A stretch of DNA of 52,265 nt from Anthoceros angustus (GCA_010909165.1 MU008209.1:494423-546687), one strand, 5' to 3'. Shown: positions 21,950-34,740, counted from the first letter of the stretch. The notes: generated by a model not told the origin, from the sequence alone. Numbers and translations: made by a program.

Positions 21950-22480
21950 GCTTCTCGATCACCACTTGGGGATAGGCCCCATTCGCTCAAAGAACCACCG
22001 TACACGCCTGCAAGGCCAAGATGTGCAGCCAGAGTTTCGCCTCCCTCTTCCTTTTCCCTTGAAACCTCCCACCTCATCCAATCTTCCGTAGAGGCGCATT
22101 CCCAACTGCTGGAATCCTTCCCTGAATCCTCCTTATACTCCTCCTCCTCCACCTTGAGGTCTCTGACCGATTTCCAGCTATGAAAGGCAGACACGGCTTC
22201 CAACTCCGTTAGGCATCCAGAATGCTCAAACACATGAATCAAAAAGGGTGAAATCAAGGAAGGCCGAGGGGAGGGGAGAGCACCGCCTTCTCTTCACAAG
22301 CTCTTTCAAAATCATCCTCCCCAATCGATCTGCGTCCCCTTGACCACCTCATGAAGAAAGACCAGGAAGTGGTCCGCCATGTGATTTAACTTTCGATTCT
22401 GAAGGAAACATAAAATCCACTTGGCCAACCCAACCAGCTGTACAAACACGAGCTGGCGAGTCACCCATCCATTGTTAACT
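21950..22480 (-). pseudogene. Fragment of a retrotransposon accessory ORF (xDW-motif type)
   Basis: Minus strand reads VKGTQIDWGRMILKEL...(fs)ISPFLIHVFEHSGCLTELE, similar in pattern to VDWATIHEQRL...FVSTFLVDTYIEGG in the family C LTR ORF. Confidence 0.4.
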
Positions 22481-22865
22481 CTTACTTCCTGTGCCTAGCG
22501 CTGCTGCCGTAGAGCCTTCGAGTTTTCTTCCTCTGCGAGTCGATCAACAGGCTCCTATCTTCCGATTCTTCCCACCCATACACGGCTCGGAAGAGCCCCA
22601 AATCCCAATTGCGGCCTCTTCCTGGCCGCCTCTCTTGCTTTTGGTTCCCTGTACACACCGCACTAATGTCGGGTCAGAGCCATTTCTTCTCCATGAAATC
22701 TAGGGCCCGGGTTGCACAAGATTGTTAGCTTAACCTTCCAGTTGGTCCATGTTGGGCCACCGTATGGTGGAATTTCGCTGCTCGAGGCGCCATCTCCCTT
22801 CCTCCTTCGCCTTCAAAAACCCCGGCCTCCAGACGGTCGTGAGAGGGAAAAGCACCACCTCGCTA

Positions 22866-25800
22866 GGAACGAAAAGTTTGGGCAACTGGTTTAAGTGAGT
22901 TGTTTTGAACAGTCCGAATGCTTTTGATAGAAATGGTTTGGTGGAAACATGCGAGAAATGTTTTTGTTCCGATTGAAGCCGGAGTCAGGATGTTGGGAAG
23001 GCAGAGGATACTTAGGGAAAAGAAACGGATCAAATGACCTTCTAGTGAGGAGGGTAGGAGACATATGTGAACGGTAGGAGATGTCCTCTGGTAGGAGGTA
23101 TCCTACCACCAGAGAACTCCTACCACGTAGTAGGGGAGAGAACTCCTACCCCATAGGTATGGGTAGGAGAATGTCCCACCACCGTAGGTGGCCCAGCTAG
23201 CGCTTTTGATGACCCACCAGGAGTAGCTCCTACCACGGTAGGAAAAGGGTGAAGGCAATTAAGCCAAGGAAGTAGCTTGAGGTTGCCGCACAAGCTGATA
23301 GGCTTGCAGAGGCAAAGGCCTGATTATTGGGGACCACCACCAAGTTTGAGGGAAGGCAAAGTAATTTGCCACATGTGTGGAAGAAGTGAGACATGGGCTC
23401 ATATTGCTGAGATTTTGCAAGAAGGAGGACTGCTAGGTAGAGATGTGTGGCAAGGGTTGCAGGAAGATGGGCCAAGTGCCCGTAATGGTGGAATTGTGCA
23501 GATCCGTGGCTCTAGGTTGGGAGCTCAAGATGCAGAGAGGAGCAGAATTGGTGCAAGGATGGGAGCGAGGAGCTCATGTTGAGGGTGAGCAGCCACAAGG
23601 GTTGCAAGAGGAGGCCATGGCGGTGCCGAGGCACATGGAAGTGCTCAATGGAGTCACGATGGAGGATGGCCGGTGTTGAACTAGGAAAGGCCGTGGTAGA
23701 GCACTCACAGCTGAATTTGTAGATGGGCTGCAAGATGGAGGTGTGGCCAAACCATAGGAAGGCGCGGTGCGCAACATGGTGAAGGGATCACAACGGGTGT
23801 GCATCATGACGGAATTTGCAATGCAAGTCAAAGTGAAGGGAGGCCGTGTGGTGGCGAGAAATGGGTAGCAAGGAGGGTTGATACGAGATGTTGTTGAGGT
23901 GAGGAGTTCACCGGGAATAAGTTCATTTTATTCGTGAAGAGCCAATTGGTGTGTTGGACAATGAATGTAAGAACTCCAGAGTTAAGCGCCCTAGGGGTGG
24001 ATCAGGTGGATGATGGGGCACCTTTGTGTGAGGTTATATTTGCGTAAGTCACATGAGAGCCAATTGGGAGGTGTTTGAGGGTGCACCCACACGGAGGAGG
24101 TGTAGGGTGGTAGGACGAGGGCATGGCACCCCTACGAGGAGGAGGTGCACCCCACGCGAGGGAGTGTGTAGGAGGGGCACCCCATGTGTATGTATGTAAG
24201 GGTACATGTGGGCAGGGGTCCCCATGTATGTAGGGGTGGCAAGGTGACCCCTATGTATGGTAGTGGTAGGATGAGGGTAGGGACCAAGGGCCCTACATGT
24301 AGGATGTAGGGTGCAGGCTCCTCACAGGTAGGTAGGGATAGGTAGGATGAGAGTGTCTCCACCAGGGAGTGGTGAGGTCTCCCCACCGAAGTGGGTGGGA
24401 CTTGGATACTTGGAAGTACAAGGTAGGTAAACCTAGGAAGTTGTTAAAAAGGGTCAGATATGCAAGGTTGTGGATAAATAGGGTATATTAGGAAATAACC
24501 ATAAATATGTGGTAGGTAGTGTAGGGTGCATAACAAGTAGGGTGTAGAGGAGGTGGAAATAGCACATGGCAAGGAATCAAGCATATCAAGAGTGTACTGT
24601 GGCCATGCAAGCTGTGTAGGGAGTGGCACCTAGGAAGCCCGCGAGGAATTGCAGGAAGAGCTTGTGCATGCAAGGAAAGCTAGAGCAAGGACTTGGTGGG
24701 AACGCTGTGGTGTGTGCAAGGAGAAGGAGGTGTGCGTGCATAAGGAGTTGTGTGTGAAGGGATTTGAAGCGCAACTGTGAAGAGGGCAAGGGCGCTGAAT
24801 TTTTGTGCCTAGGACCTTGCAAGTGAGGGATTTGGGCGCATAAGGAGTGTATGGTGAGGACATCAAGTTTGAGCTAGGTGGGACCGTGGAGTGAAGAGGA
24901 AGTAAGTGGAAAAGGGCTGAAGTTGCTCTCTTGGTGGATTTTGTGGCGAGTGAAGAAATCTCGCAATTGTGTGTAGACACCGAGGTGACAACTAGGTGGA
25001 AACGAGCACGCGTGCCCAAGCTTGTCTTGTTTGTGCGCTTATTTTGAAGGTACAAGATGGTGAAAGCGCGCACCTAAGAAGGGCAAGTTGGTTGCTAGGG
25101 AGCAAGAGGCAGGAAGCGCATGTGGAAGGCACTTGGTGGCCATGGTTTGCCGACCCAACACATCCGATGTATATGGAAGGCCGAGAGGATGACTCGAGGA
25201 GGAAGAGGAAGGCATGGAGCAAGATCCGCCACGGAGACCTTCTTGCAAAGTGGAGAGTGGGAGGCGGTAGGGTAAGAAGTTGACCCACGTCCGTAGGAGG
25301 TGTAGAGGGTGGCCCTACATCCGTAGGATCACCGGTGCGACGGCATCTAGAGAGTAATTGGGTTGGTGGTAGCTTGGAGTGGGCTCATTGCTTGGGGAGA
25401 CTTTCTTTAGAGGAGGACAGTATTAATGCTTGTCAACCCAAGAGGGTGTGTTGACTAGCTAGATAGGAATGTTGACAGAGCCATTAAGGCTCACATAGGT
25501 GAAGTTTGCTAGAATAGAATTTTACCCAAGATGCTTGGATGTCGAACTTAAAGTCGACGGTAGGATACACTAAAATAAGGAGTGAGGCGGCGGGAGGGGA
25601 GGTGTATGTGAGGACCTCCCTATAAAAGGAGGGGAGCTTGTGAAGTAAAATTATCGCGTCTTGCGCTCCCAAACTCATGAGTCCTTTGCTCCTTGTGAAG
25701 GAATTTCGTGCGTGCAAGCTAGCAGTCTCAGTAGAGAGGGAGTTTGCGGTGGTCGGAGTGCTTGGCGGAGGCTCGCTCCTTGCGGGCGCCTCTGCAGTTG

Positions 25801-27712
25801 CTCCTTGTGAATGGTTCTTTGTGAAATTGCTTTGCTTTGGGTGTGTGGCGATGCCCAAGGAACTCTCGGCTTGAGGGTAGACTACAGGAAAGACTCCTGG
25901 AGGTTCTCAGTCACAGTGCAAACTCAGCGCCCAAGGAAGAACTTGTTGGCTTGTAGGACCCAGGCGGTTGTCAAGGGCGAGCTAGGGCCGGTGAGCTTGA
26001 AGTAAGGTTAGATTAGGAGGATGAGGAGTTGAGTTGAGGTGAGGTGAGTGTTGAGGAGAATGTGGAGCTGAATGTTGAGTAGAGGAGTAGGTAGAGATTA
26101 GGAGTAAGAAGAAGGCCCAAGTCGAGCCTAAGGGAGGGGTCCCAAATCACCAAACCGAGGGAGGCTGGGCTAAGGTCTCAAAATCACGGGTGGAGAAGTG
26201 TGAGAGGGGTCCCTATGCGTGGCGATGGACCTACCCGTGGTGGGACCTGATGGGATGTCGTTGTAGGTCCGAGGCGGAGATCGACGGAGGCAGTGCGGAG
26301 GTGTCGTGCGCCCGTGTGGAGTTTTGTGGGCGCGCCAGTTGTAGTTGGGCGCCGGGGCACGGAAGTTGGAGGCCTTGAACTAGGCGAGGTAACCTATCTT
26401 GCCAGTGCGACCCTACGGTGGTAGGATGCGCCCTGCGTTGGGATAGGTGTCTCCTCCCCACGTAGGAATGAGGGTGTGTGGCCCACGGTGCATTGGATCT
26501 CCTACAACTCTCCTACAAGTGGTAGGAGGGTAGGCCCTACAATTGTTTGTTGTTGGTTGTAGGTCACAGGCGGCGATTCGACGGGCGGTCACGGGAGGCT
26601 GTCGAGTTGGTGGTTGAGGATGTGCCAATTGTGGGAAGGCAATGGGAAAGGAATAGTGGAAGATCACGGGGTGGTGAAGTCGCGTTGCAGCGTAGGGGGT
26701 CCCCTGTGTAGCCCAACCCGACTCACCGTGTGTGTGGACCTAGTGGGGGTGTGTTGTAGGTCGAGCGTGATTATGAGCACACGGTGAGGCGTGGTTGGCA
26801 TGAGTGAGTTGAGGTTGCTCCGGTGTGAGGGAGCTTGGGGTGTGAAGAGGTGTGTGGTTTGTGCCTTGGATCGGTGACACGACAAACAAGAGTCTCATGG
26901 GACGAAACCTATTGTACTTAGCGGCGATTGGGATAAGTGTGGCCACTGGGGTGAATCTGGAAGCCGGATCCGCCTCACACTCGCTCTCCCCCCCGCCCTC
27001 TTCGCTGGTCCCCCGCCTCGACGGCCTCTTTTCCTGCGACTCGCCCGGATGGTTTCCCCTCCGGTCGCCGCCGCCCGCTGATCTCAGCGCCACAACTTTG
27101 CACAAGAAAACGGTGATTTGGCATGGACCTGATTGCATGCGTGCTCCACTGCTGCAGCCTTGCACGCCGCTCCTCACGGAAATTGCGACCTCGCGATGTC
27201 AGTGTCCTTTCTTCCAGGCCCGCCCGGTGGTACGGCCAGCCTCGCCACTAGGGTTGTGAACTCCCACAGTGCATGCGCCCGCCTCCGGCCACCGTGGTGG
27301 AACTAGCCACCTCCCTACTTGACTGCGCAACTGTGGCAAAATGTAGGCACCCCTAGCATATATAGACACTTTCTTATTTCTAAAATTACCAAAACCCAAG
27401 GACCCTATATCTAACCTTCCTAACTAGGGTCAAAACCCAAGGACAAGAAAATGTTATTATCACCATGGGCCAAGGACTCTTTCCGTATAAAAGGTCTTAC
27501 CCGGACGATTCCAAAGCATTCCGCTATACTAAGACACCAAAACAAAAAAAATTCATTCATCCTGACAGTTCAGAGAAGGGTTAGGACACATGTGATACTC
27601 CACAATCGGAAAAGCTTTGGCATGTTTCCTCCAAACCATTTCTAACCAAAAAAAAATCGGACATGTTCCAAAACAAACCAACTTAAACCAGTGGCCCAAA
27701 CTTTTGCGTTCC
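22866..27712. mobile_element. Region bounded by ~105-bp imperfect terminal inverted repeats (MULE/foldback-like candidate)
   Basis: 22866-22975 (GGAACGAAAAGTTTGGGCAACTGGTTTAAG...) is an inverted match to 27605-27712 (...CTTAAACCAGTGGCCCAAACTTTTGCGTTCC). No TSD or transposase motif found. Confidence 0.55.
23040..26990 (+). repeat. Possible degraded solo LTR related to family C
   Basis: GGTAGGA-rich sequence like the start of the C LTR; CCTATAAAAGGAGG at ~25619; exact 18-mer TGGGATAAGTGTGGCCAC at 26929-26946 also near the C LTR 3' end (38942-38959). Confidence 0.35.
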
Positions 27713-27888
27713 ACAACCGCCTCCGCCACCACCACCCGAGCCGCCTCCACCGCCTCTTCCAGCTCCTGACATGTTGTGTGTTGATGTGTGCATGACCTAG
27801 AGGGTTATGACGACGTGGATAACGGGGTAATCTATGTGGTGGTGACCACATACATGGTAGGGCTACACTTACCTATAGCTATGAGGAA

Positions 27889-29180
27889 TTAGAGGGTCTG
27901 GGGGTCTTCCCCAAACAAGTTGGAAATAGATTCTAAAATATGTTCTACAGGTTCTGGGATAATCATCAAACCAAAGACTGGATCGCAACGGGACACATCT
28001 AGGTTCTTGGGTGCTGTATCTGATGTATTGTCAAGGTAAAGCTCGAATTTTGCTGTTAATTGTAGCAATTTGAAGTTCAAGATACTGATTTGTGCACTAA
28101 TGCATGCTATGTCCTTCCTATGTTGTACCTTGTCGTGATATGCTTGGTCCTCTATTAATGCTATATGAAATTTCAGGTCTCTAAGTTCATGTGGGGAAAT
28201 GTGAGACACTGGCTGTGAGGTGAATGAAGATGGACGGCAAATTGGCAAAATCTGGCCTAGGGAATTGTGCTGCTGAGAGGGACAGTAGACAAGGGTCTGT
28301 GATGGACAGCCTGTACAAAAGACTGGTTTGTTCTTCTTCCTTCCTGTCTTGTTGATTTAAGAAGAAAATTAGTTATTGTGCCTTGCAGCACGCTTCCATT
28401 TGCTGAGTGCTTGCCAATGTTGTCTCAAAGGGTTCTATAATTCTCCTTCTCATCCTATGTCCAAGGAGTGCTGATGTGTGGTGGATTCCACACTGGGCAT
28501 GGTGGTTGGACACTGTCCATTCAGAAATTTGGCGATTAGCACACCAAATTCCAGATTGATTGAAATAGGGATTGCAATGCCTTCAGGATTGAGAACGCTG
28601 GTTGCCTTTTATATTTCAGAGCCTCCATTTGGGTGGTCTGGTTGGACCATAAACGGGGCACTGAATTATTGCCATAAGGCATGATGCGCTCCATTGCTCT
28701 GATACCAACATTTAGCAATGATCGAGAATCATCTGAGAGCAGAGCAGACGCACTCGCAAGAGCACACAGAAGAAGTGATCGTTATAGGTTTAATGAAAGT
28801 ACATAAAACAAAGGGTGTAAAAGTAACCGCCTATAACCTAACAGTAAATATTATTAAGTTATTCTAAAGCTGCTTAACCTAATGAAACGATAATAGGTTA
28901 AGCTACCTAGCCCTAAAAGCCATTAATTAATTAGTTATTAATAAACCCCGAGTAGGTATGACCAAAAACGGGTTTACCAATACTTTTCTTTGAATTCTCC
29001 TGTGTAGGATGACCCGACAAGTGAAGAGGTAAGGACCATCTGGAATGGAAGGGAAGAACATTTCTTTGGGACAATCGTTGAACGAGACTCTGTAAGTAGC
29101 TCGTTAAGAATCTAGAAATTCTACACTGCTCTTCTAGATTTGAATCCGAAGTATCACCTGTGGGGGACACAGGTGGTGCA
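27889..29180 (-). mobile_element. Truncated 5' end of a tRNA-iMet-primed LTR element (LTR candidate, PBS, short ORFs)
   Basis: TGGTATCAGAGC on the minus strand (28707-28696) is followed 1 nt later by ATG (MERIMPYGNN); AT-rich LTR-like block 28711-29150; no second LTR seen. Confidence 0.45.
28696..28707 (-). promoter_or_regulatory. Primer-binding site, tRNA-iMet
   Basis: GCTCTGATACCA is the reverse complement of the canonical TGGTATCAGAGC. Confidence 0.75.
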
Positions 29181-29367
29181 TGTCACAGCGCCAGCCTGCA
29201 GTGCATGCCTACCTAGCCTTACAAAGTCTAAGTCACCAAACACCAGCTCGCTGCTGATCTCCTTGGCCTCGCCCAGGAGCAACAATCTTAGTTATAAATT
29301 GTCCTTGGCCTATGACCAAGGACAAGGCTAAAGGGCTGGGTCTTAAGAGACAGCCTGTCATGAACAG
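29181..29367 (-). repeat. Family B repeat B2 (copy 2)
   Basis: Reverse-complement match to 21541-21726; plus strand starts TGTCA at 29181. Confidence 0.85.
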
Positions 29368-30015
29368 TGAAATCAAGCTGAAAATTCTCCCAACCCCGAC
29401 AATGCAACGAACCACAAGAACCTCTAGGAGACAAAGAGACGCAGGGACGGTATGGCTGTCTATTAGAACAAGACAAACATCAACAATCCGAGAATCCATG
29501 GTCCCATATATAGGCAAAACCCCTGTGAGTTCTCGATGAAGTGTCCACCCGCATCGATGGTGGGCACTTTATAATCCTACTTTCCTTGGCCTTGAAATAA
29601 TAATATTTTATGTGTTAATAACACCTATTCGTCCTTTTCCTGATTTATGATTTTATGTATTTTCTAATATAAATCACTATCTATATATGCCATTGCACCG
29701 CTACTTACATGCACATCCATGCATATAGATTGCATGCGCCATGACACATCACCGCCACATGTCCACATCACATGTCATCCTTCATCTCCATACGCATGCA
29801 TACATGGCACACATGCATACATGGTATACATGTCATGTGCAGCCATCCATGGGCCATGTACATGACATCATCACACTTCAAAGATCGTGGCTTATGCCCG
29901 AGATGCTCCAACAAGATCTAGTCATTTCAAAGATTCGTGGCTTATGCCTGTGATGCTCTAGTCAAGATCCAACATAGAGTCTTAGGTGCCTGCTTCCCAT
30001 ACAACAAAGATGACA
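29368..30015 (-). repeat. Family B LTR-like repeat A2 (copy 2)
   Basis: Reverse-complement match to 20909-21538. Confidence 0.9.
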
Positions 30016-30200
30016 TGTCGCAGCAGCTGATAGCCGCATGCCTACCTAGCCTGCCCACAAAGCTAAGTCACTAAACACCCTGTCATGATCTCCTTGGCCT
30101 TCGGCCCAGAGCAACAATCCTAGTTTAATTGTCCTTGGCCTATGACCAAGGGCAAGGCTACAAAAGAGACCTGGGTTTGCCTAAGAGAGTGCCTGTGGTC
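30016..30200 (-). repeat. Family B repeat B1 (copy 2)
   Basis: Reverse-complement match to 20737-20907; joins A2 as GCGACA|TGTCAT on the minus strand. Confidence 0.85.
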
Positions 30201-31829
30201 ACCGGGAAACTTGGAGGCCTAGCCACCGGTTTCCCACAAAATTGTTTAGACCATCTTGGCCTAGAAAACAAACAACTACTACCAACGCCCCCACCAGCGA
30301 GAACGTAGCTTGTCCAACACCGACGGTGGTTCCGCCCGAGGAGGAGGAATGGCGTCTTCTAGATCCTCATCATCCGATGGGTCTTCTTGTGCCTCTGCTT
30401 AATCGTAATCTCACCGCGCTTTGAATCCAGAGAGATCACAACCTGTTCTTCCACAAAGCGCTTCTGCATCGAATCGGCTGAAAATGATGCACCATCCCGC
30501 CCAAAGATCCATGTCCCGATCAGAAGCTTCGTTGGATAATTGAAAACGGTAACTTATGTGAAGTGTAGATGTGGCAAGCCTCGACATTGAAAGCATTCTT
30601 CTCCTCTCGAGTCCAAGCACTTGATCAACATGAGGGGTCCTCGTTGGTCGAATGTAAACCGCCGAGGCCACCCTACCACATGATGCCCCGTCTGCAGATG
30701 GTGGAAAACTCAAACCACTTTTGAGAAAAATCAAACGCGAGGGTATGTGTCTCCCAACGAATCACTGCAACCTCATCCCATCAAACCATTGATGCATTTG
30801 GAAGTGATGCTGCAACTTCCTCCATGCACCTTCAGATAGCTTGTCCAGTCTGTGGCAACGCCAGACCCGGACTGAGCTCAAACAAATCCTGTTCCGTGGG
30901 ATAATGCTCCACCCTACCATGATGGTGCTCCTCAACATAGGAAGATGTGAAGCTCATAACTTTGTGGAATGCCCTGCTCGGTCATATCAAGGGTAGAAGA
31001 TGCTCCACTTACCCGCATCTTCATCATCCACAAAATTGGGGTCCATCCGCCTCGAAACCTTGCTTGACGAGCACTCATAGCACACCGGAGGGCATGCCTT
31101 CCAAGATCCACCCGCCGCTCGAGACCTCCTCCGGTGTGGTGAGAACGCCACCCTAGGTGCAACCTCGAATTTTCAGCACCGAAGGCCGAAATATAATCAT
31201 GGTGTACTGAGTGCAGGTGCGCCCACTGCCTTGTGGGCGGTTGCTCCACGCGAGGAGGCGATCTGGTGTCCCCGCCGCCACCGACCGCCCGCCTGATTGA
31301 GACCGCCCTCAAACTCCGCTTCCATGATCTCGACAAAGGATGCTTGCGTGGTCGCCCCTCTTGCGCTTGATTGACGGTGGCGCTTCCTTCCGACGCTTCA
31401 CCTCCGAATAGGATAGGGCAAGACTTTTACGCCTTCTCTATGCACGTATGAAACGGGCCCGACCATGGCTCCCTATCACCCAAACAAATAAACCACCTTT
31501 AGACACACGTGAGGAATTCTCAACCGAGCGTTAGCTTGTGCATGCAAAGGTTCCTCTTCCAAAATGAGCTGCCCGTGCTCAGCCTTCGCCTGCTCTCGGG
31601 GAATTAGACCCTTGTCGGGCTTGTCACCCTCTCACTGTAGAATTCCTCTCACACCTTGCACATGCAGAGCATCGGCTTCTCGCAACAACTCGCCTTAGCA
31701 TGTGCAAGATCCCATTTGTGAATTTGGCCCCAAGCATCTTGTGTCCTTCTTCATCAGACTGCCAACCTTCCAACGTGTGAATTTAAGACAACATCAAGAC
31801 CTTCAGAAGAGCCTGCTCACACTTAGCAC

Positions 31830-34500
31830 ATTATGCTCACATAGCCATTCTCCTTCCGAACACTATCCAAGATGGTTTGAGGCAAAACAGATGGTAACCA
31901 CTACACGCCACATAGCAACATGAATTCTTGTGCCCACACTGTGGCAACTCCTGGTGGCGCCTGTGTCCGAGTCCAGGTATCCAGACGCAAATGGCATGGA
32001 GCCAAATGCTTCATGTGTTCCTTGCACCTTCCGCCATCTCTTCCTTCAAGTTCAACCACACCTTGCTCACCAACCTCGACAACTCTCGTGATAAGCCTCC
32101 CTCGACATCTAACGTGCTTGCAGCCCGCCGCAAGTACATAATCTCCGATGCAAACTTATGGGCTTCCACGAGCCCCCACAGATAAGCATACCTCACCGGT
32201 CCCGGCGTCACATGCCAAATTGTCCATAGCCATGGGAAGAATTCTTTGAAATACTGCCTGCTTGAACTCGCACACATTTGCATCTTTGCTCCTCCAATGT
32301 GGATGGAGTAAGTGTCCTTCACCACATTCAACACTGCATGTCCAATAACAAAAAGTATGGACGAAACTTCCAAGAGCCGCCAGACACCCACTGCACCAAC
32401 ACGATGTAAGGGAGCACCATCCCAACACTTGGGCTCCACAAGAATGCAAGATTTCCTTAGTGCATCCTTGAAGGTCTGACTAGTTTTCCGCTGTGCCATC
32501 GGCCTGTGGATGATCCTCGATGTCCTCCTCGTGATCAATGAGACTCGCCCAGGTCTGAATTCACCAAACTCGCACTCGTCTCAGGAGCACCTCTGCAGCC
32601 CCAAATCGGTCCGAGCACACACCGCAAAAGCTCACTGGTGTAATGCGAGGTTCTCGTGGTAAGAACGCCACTTCAACCCACTTAGAGAAATGCTCAATCA
32701 TGACCATGCAATGTCGGTTACCTTGCTTTGTGAGAGGAAGCTCGCATAAGGTCAACCGACCATCTAAAGAATAGCCCCTCGATTGGTAGGGAGTGCAACA
32801 CCACATCCTGGTGTTAACTAGCTTTGATCGCATCACATGCAGACACTTAGCCACCACCTTCTCGACATCCGCATACATCCCCACTGTAAGTATTACTTCA
32901 ACATGTGGTGTGTCCTTCACACCAAAGTGGCCAAGGGTTTCGTGCACCTTGGTCACTATGCCCACTCTTTCCTCGTGACTTGGTACTTTCCTCACGAGTT
33001 CTCCTTCTGACAGTAGCAACTCACCATCTTCCCATGAGTATCTGGCCACGCGCCTTCTGAGTTTAGCCAAGCTCGCTCACCATTCCGTGCAATCGGCCTT
33101 CCTTCAAAGAATCAGATGGCTTGAGGATGTCTCCAAACATCCCTGACGGACTCACAAGACATGTCCTTCTTCATGATCATCTATCCCGCCATGAGTGCCA
33201 TGAAGCCTGGGTGCACCATCTACGTGCCCCTCATCCTGCCGAGCCCCGTGACATCCTTGTCACTTTCCGGTTTCGCTAGCCCATCCGCATTGTGATGTAC
33301 CTTGCCTCGCCTGCAGCACGATCTCCATATCGCATTCGGGACAGCCACCACCGGCTAGCTTACCACTCAACTTCATGTTGGTCATCAGCCAATGAAGTGG
33401 CCGGTGATCCGTGACCGCTGAAAACGCCTTCCATATAGACCTCAAATGCAATCGCCCATACCGCAAGAAGACACTCTCCTCATGAGGAGTAGTTCACTTC
33501 ACGGAGTTGTTAGATCGGCTTGCATAAGCTATCACTGCCAACACCATCTCGCACTATGTTGTGACAACACCGCCCAATTCTGATGCCTGTACAGAGTGAA
33601 AGGGTGATCACCGCCCGCCAACATAGGCTTCTCTGCCAACTGGTCCCGAAGATCTTGCCAAGCCAACTCCTGGTCTTGGTCCCATTTCCACGCAATGTCT
33701 TTCTTCAACAGTTCATACAGAGGTTTACATGTGGAACTGAGGTCCTTCATAAACCTCCTGTAATAGTTCACCAAACCTAGGAAGGCTCTAAGAGCAGCTA
33801 CATCCTTTGGTCTAGGCATTTGCATCACTGCCTGCACTTAGCCAGCCGAGGCATGATGCCTCCTGGTACTATCTCATGCCCCGATACTGATCCGGAAAGC
33901 AAACTTGCATTTCTTAGGATGAGCTTTCAAACCCGAGCTTGACAAATCAGAGCAATATCTCTAGATGCTCCATATGTTCTTCGATTGTCTCATCAAGACC
34001 GTGATATCATCTATGTAGCAACGCACAAATGGCGCTCGCAGCCCAGATCCGCATTCTTTGGAAATATATGGAAGCATTCTTCACCCAAACGGCATCGCCT
34101 CCCATTCCCAAAGCTGGTCCTTCCCCAAGGTCTTTTTGCACTTGTCCCGCTTCTTCAATCACAATTTGGTTGAAGCCTCGAGCTAAGTCCAAGCCGGTAA
34201 AGAACTTTGCCTTACCTATGGCATCGAAAATCTGAGTAGGCATCTGCTCCATAGGAGTCACCTCGCTTAGAGGTCGGTAGTCGCCACACATCCTCCTCGT
34301 CCTTCCATTCACCGCTCATCCTTCTTGAGCGGTAGGACAACAAGAAGAAGATATTGAGAGCTTGATTTTCTTATCAACCCCGCTCAACAACTCTTGACGC
34401 TGCTTGTCAACAATCTCCCATTCTGGCCGAATCGAGGCGTGCCTCCTTCCTCAAGACGGCTCTTCATGAGTCGTCACTACTTTGAACTGATCTTCTCATA
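31830..34500 (-). pseudogene. pol: Family B pol 3' part (RT, RNase H, integrase, PHD), copy 2
   Basis: RRMCGDYRPLSEVTPM, KFFTGLDLARGFNQI, LRAFLGLVNYYRRFMKDL, VTDHRPLHWLMTNMKLSGKL, VTKVHETLGHFGVK, MIEHFSKWVEVAFLP, GYHLFCLKP. Confidence 0.93.
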
Positions 34501-34740
34501 CTGGATCGACCTCTCGACATGTGTTCCGTGAGATCTAACCTGGCCGATCCTCCTTCCTTCGACGGTTCTCTCGAACCCTCGCTGATCCAAATATTCACGC
34601 GCATAACCTTAAGCACACCTTTCCGCTTCTTGCTTCGCATCTGCAGAGGATAACTCCTGCTTCCTCCACATCTCATGTCGATGCCACCTGAGCACTGGGC
34701 AATCGGCGCGCCGTCATCCTGCCCGCCTTGCCACCACCCC

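Noticed and set aside
24880-25080. Myb/trihelix-like peptide (KWKRAEVALLVDF...RWKR)
   Set aside because: Only a loose Trp pattern in a stop-ridden frame; too weak to call.
29109-29175. Two adjacent hairpins (AATCTAGAA/TTCTAGATT and CACCTGTG/CACAGGTG) as a Helitron 3' end or terminator
   Set aside because: The spacing to CTAG and the following base do not fit the Helitron rule, and there is no other Helitron evidence.
29170-29185. Target-site duplications for the family B copies and element C
   Set aside because: Flanks do not match (copy 2: GTGCA versus TACTT; element C: ACCCC versus TATTC; copy 1: GCTGG versus CGCCT). With this indel rate, absence is not informative.
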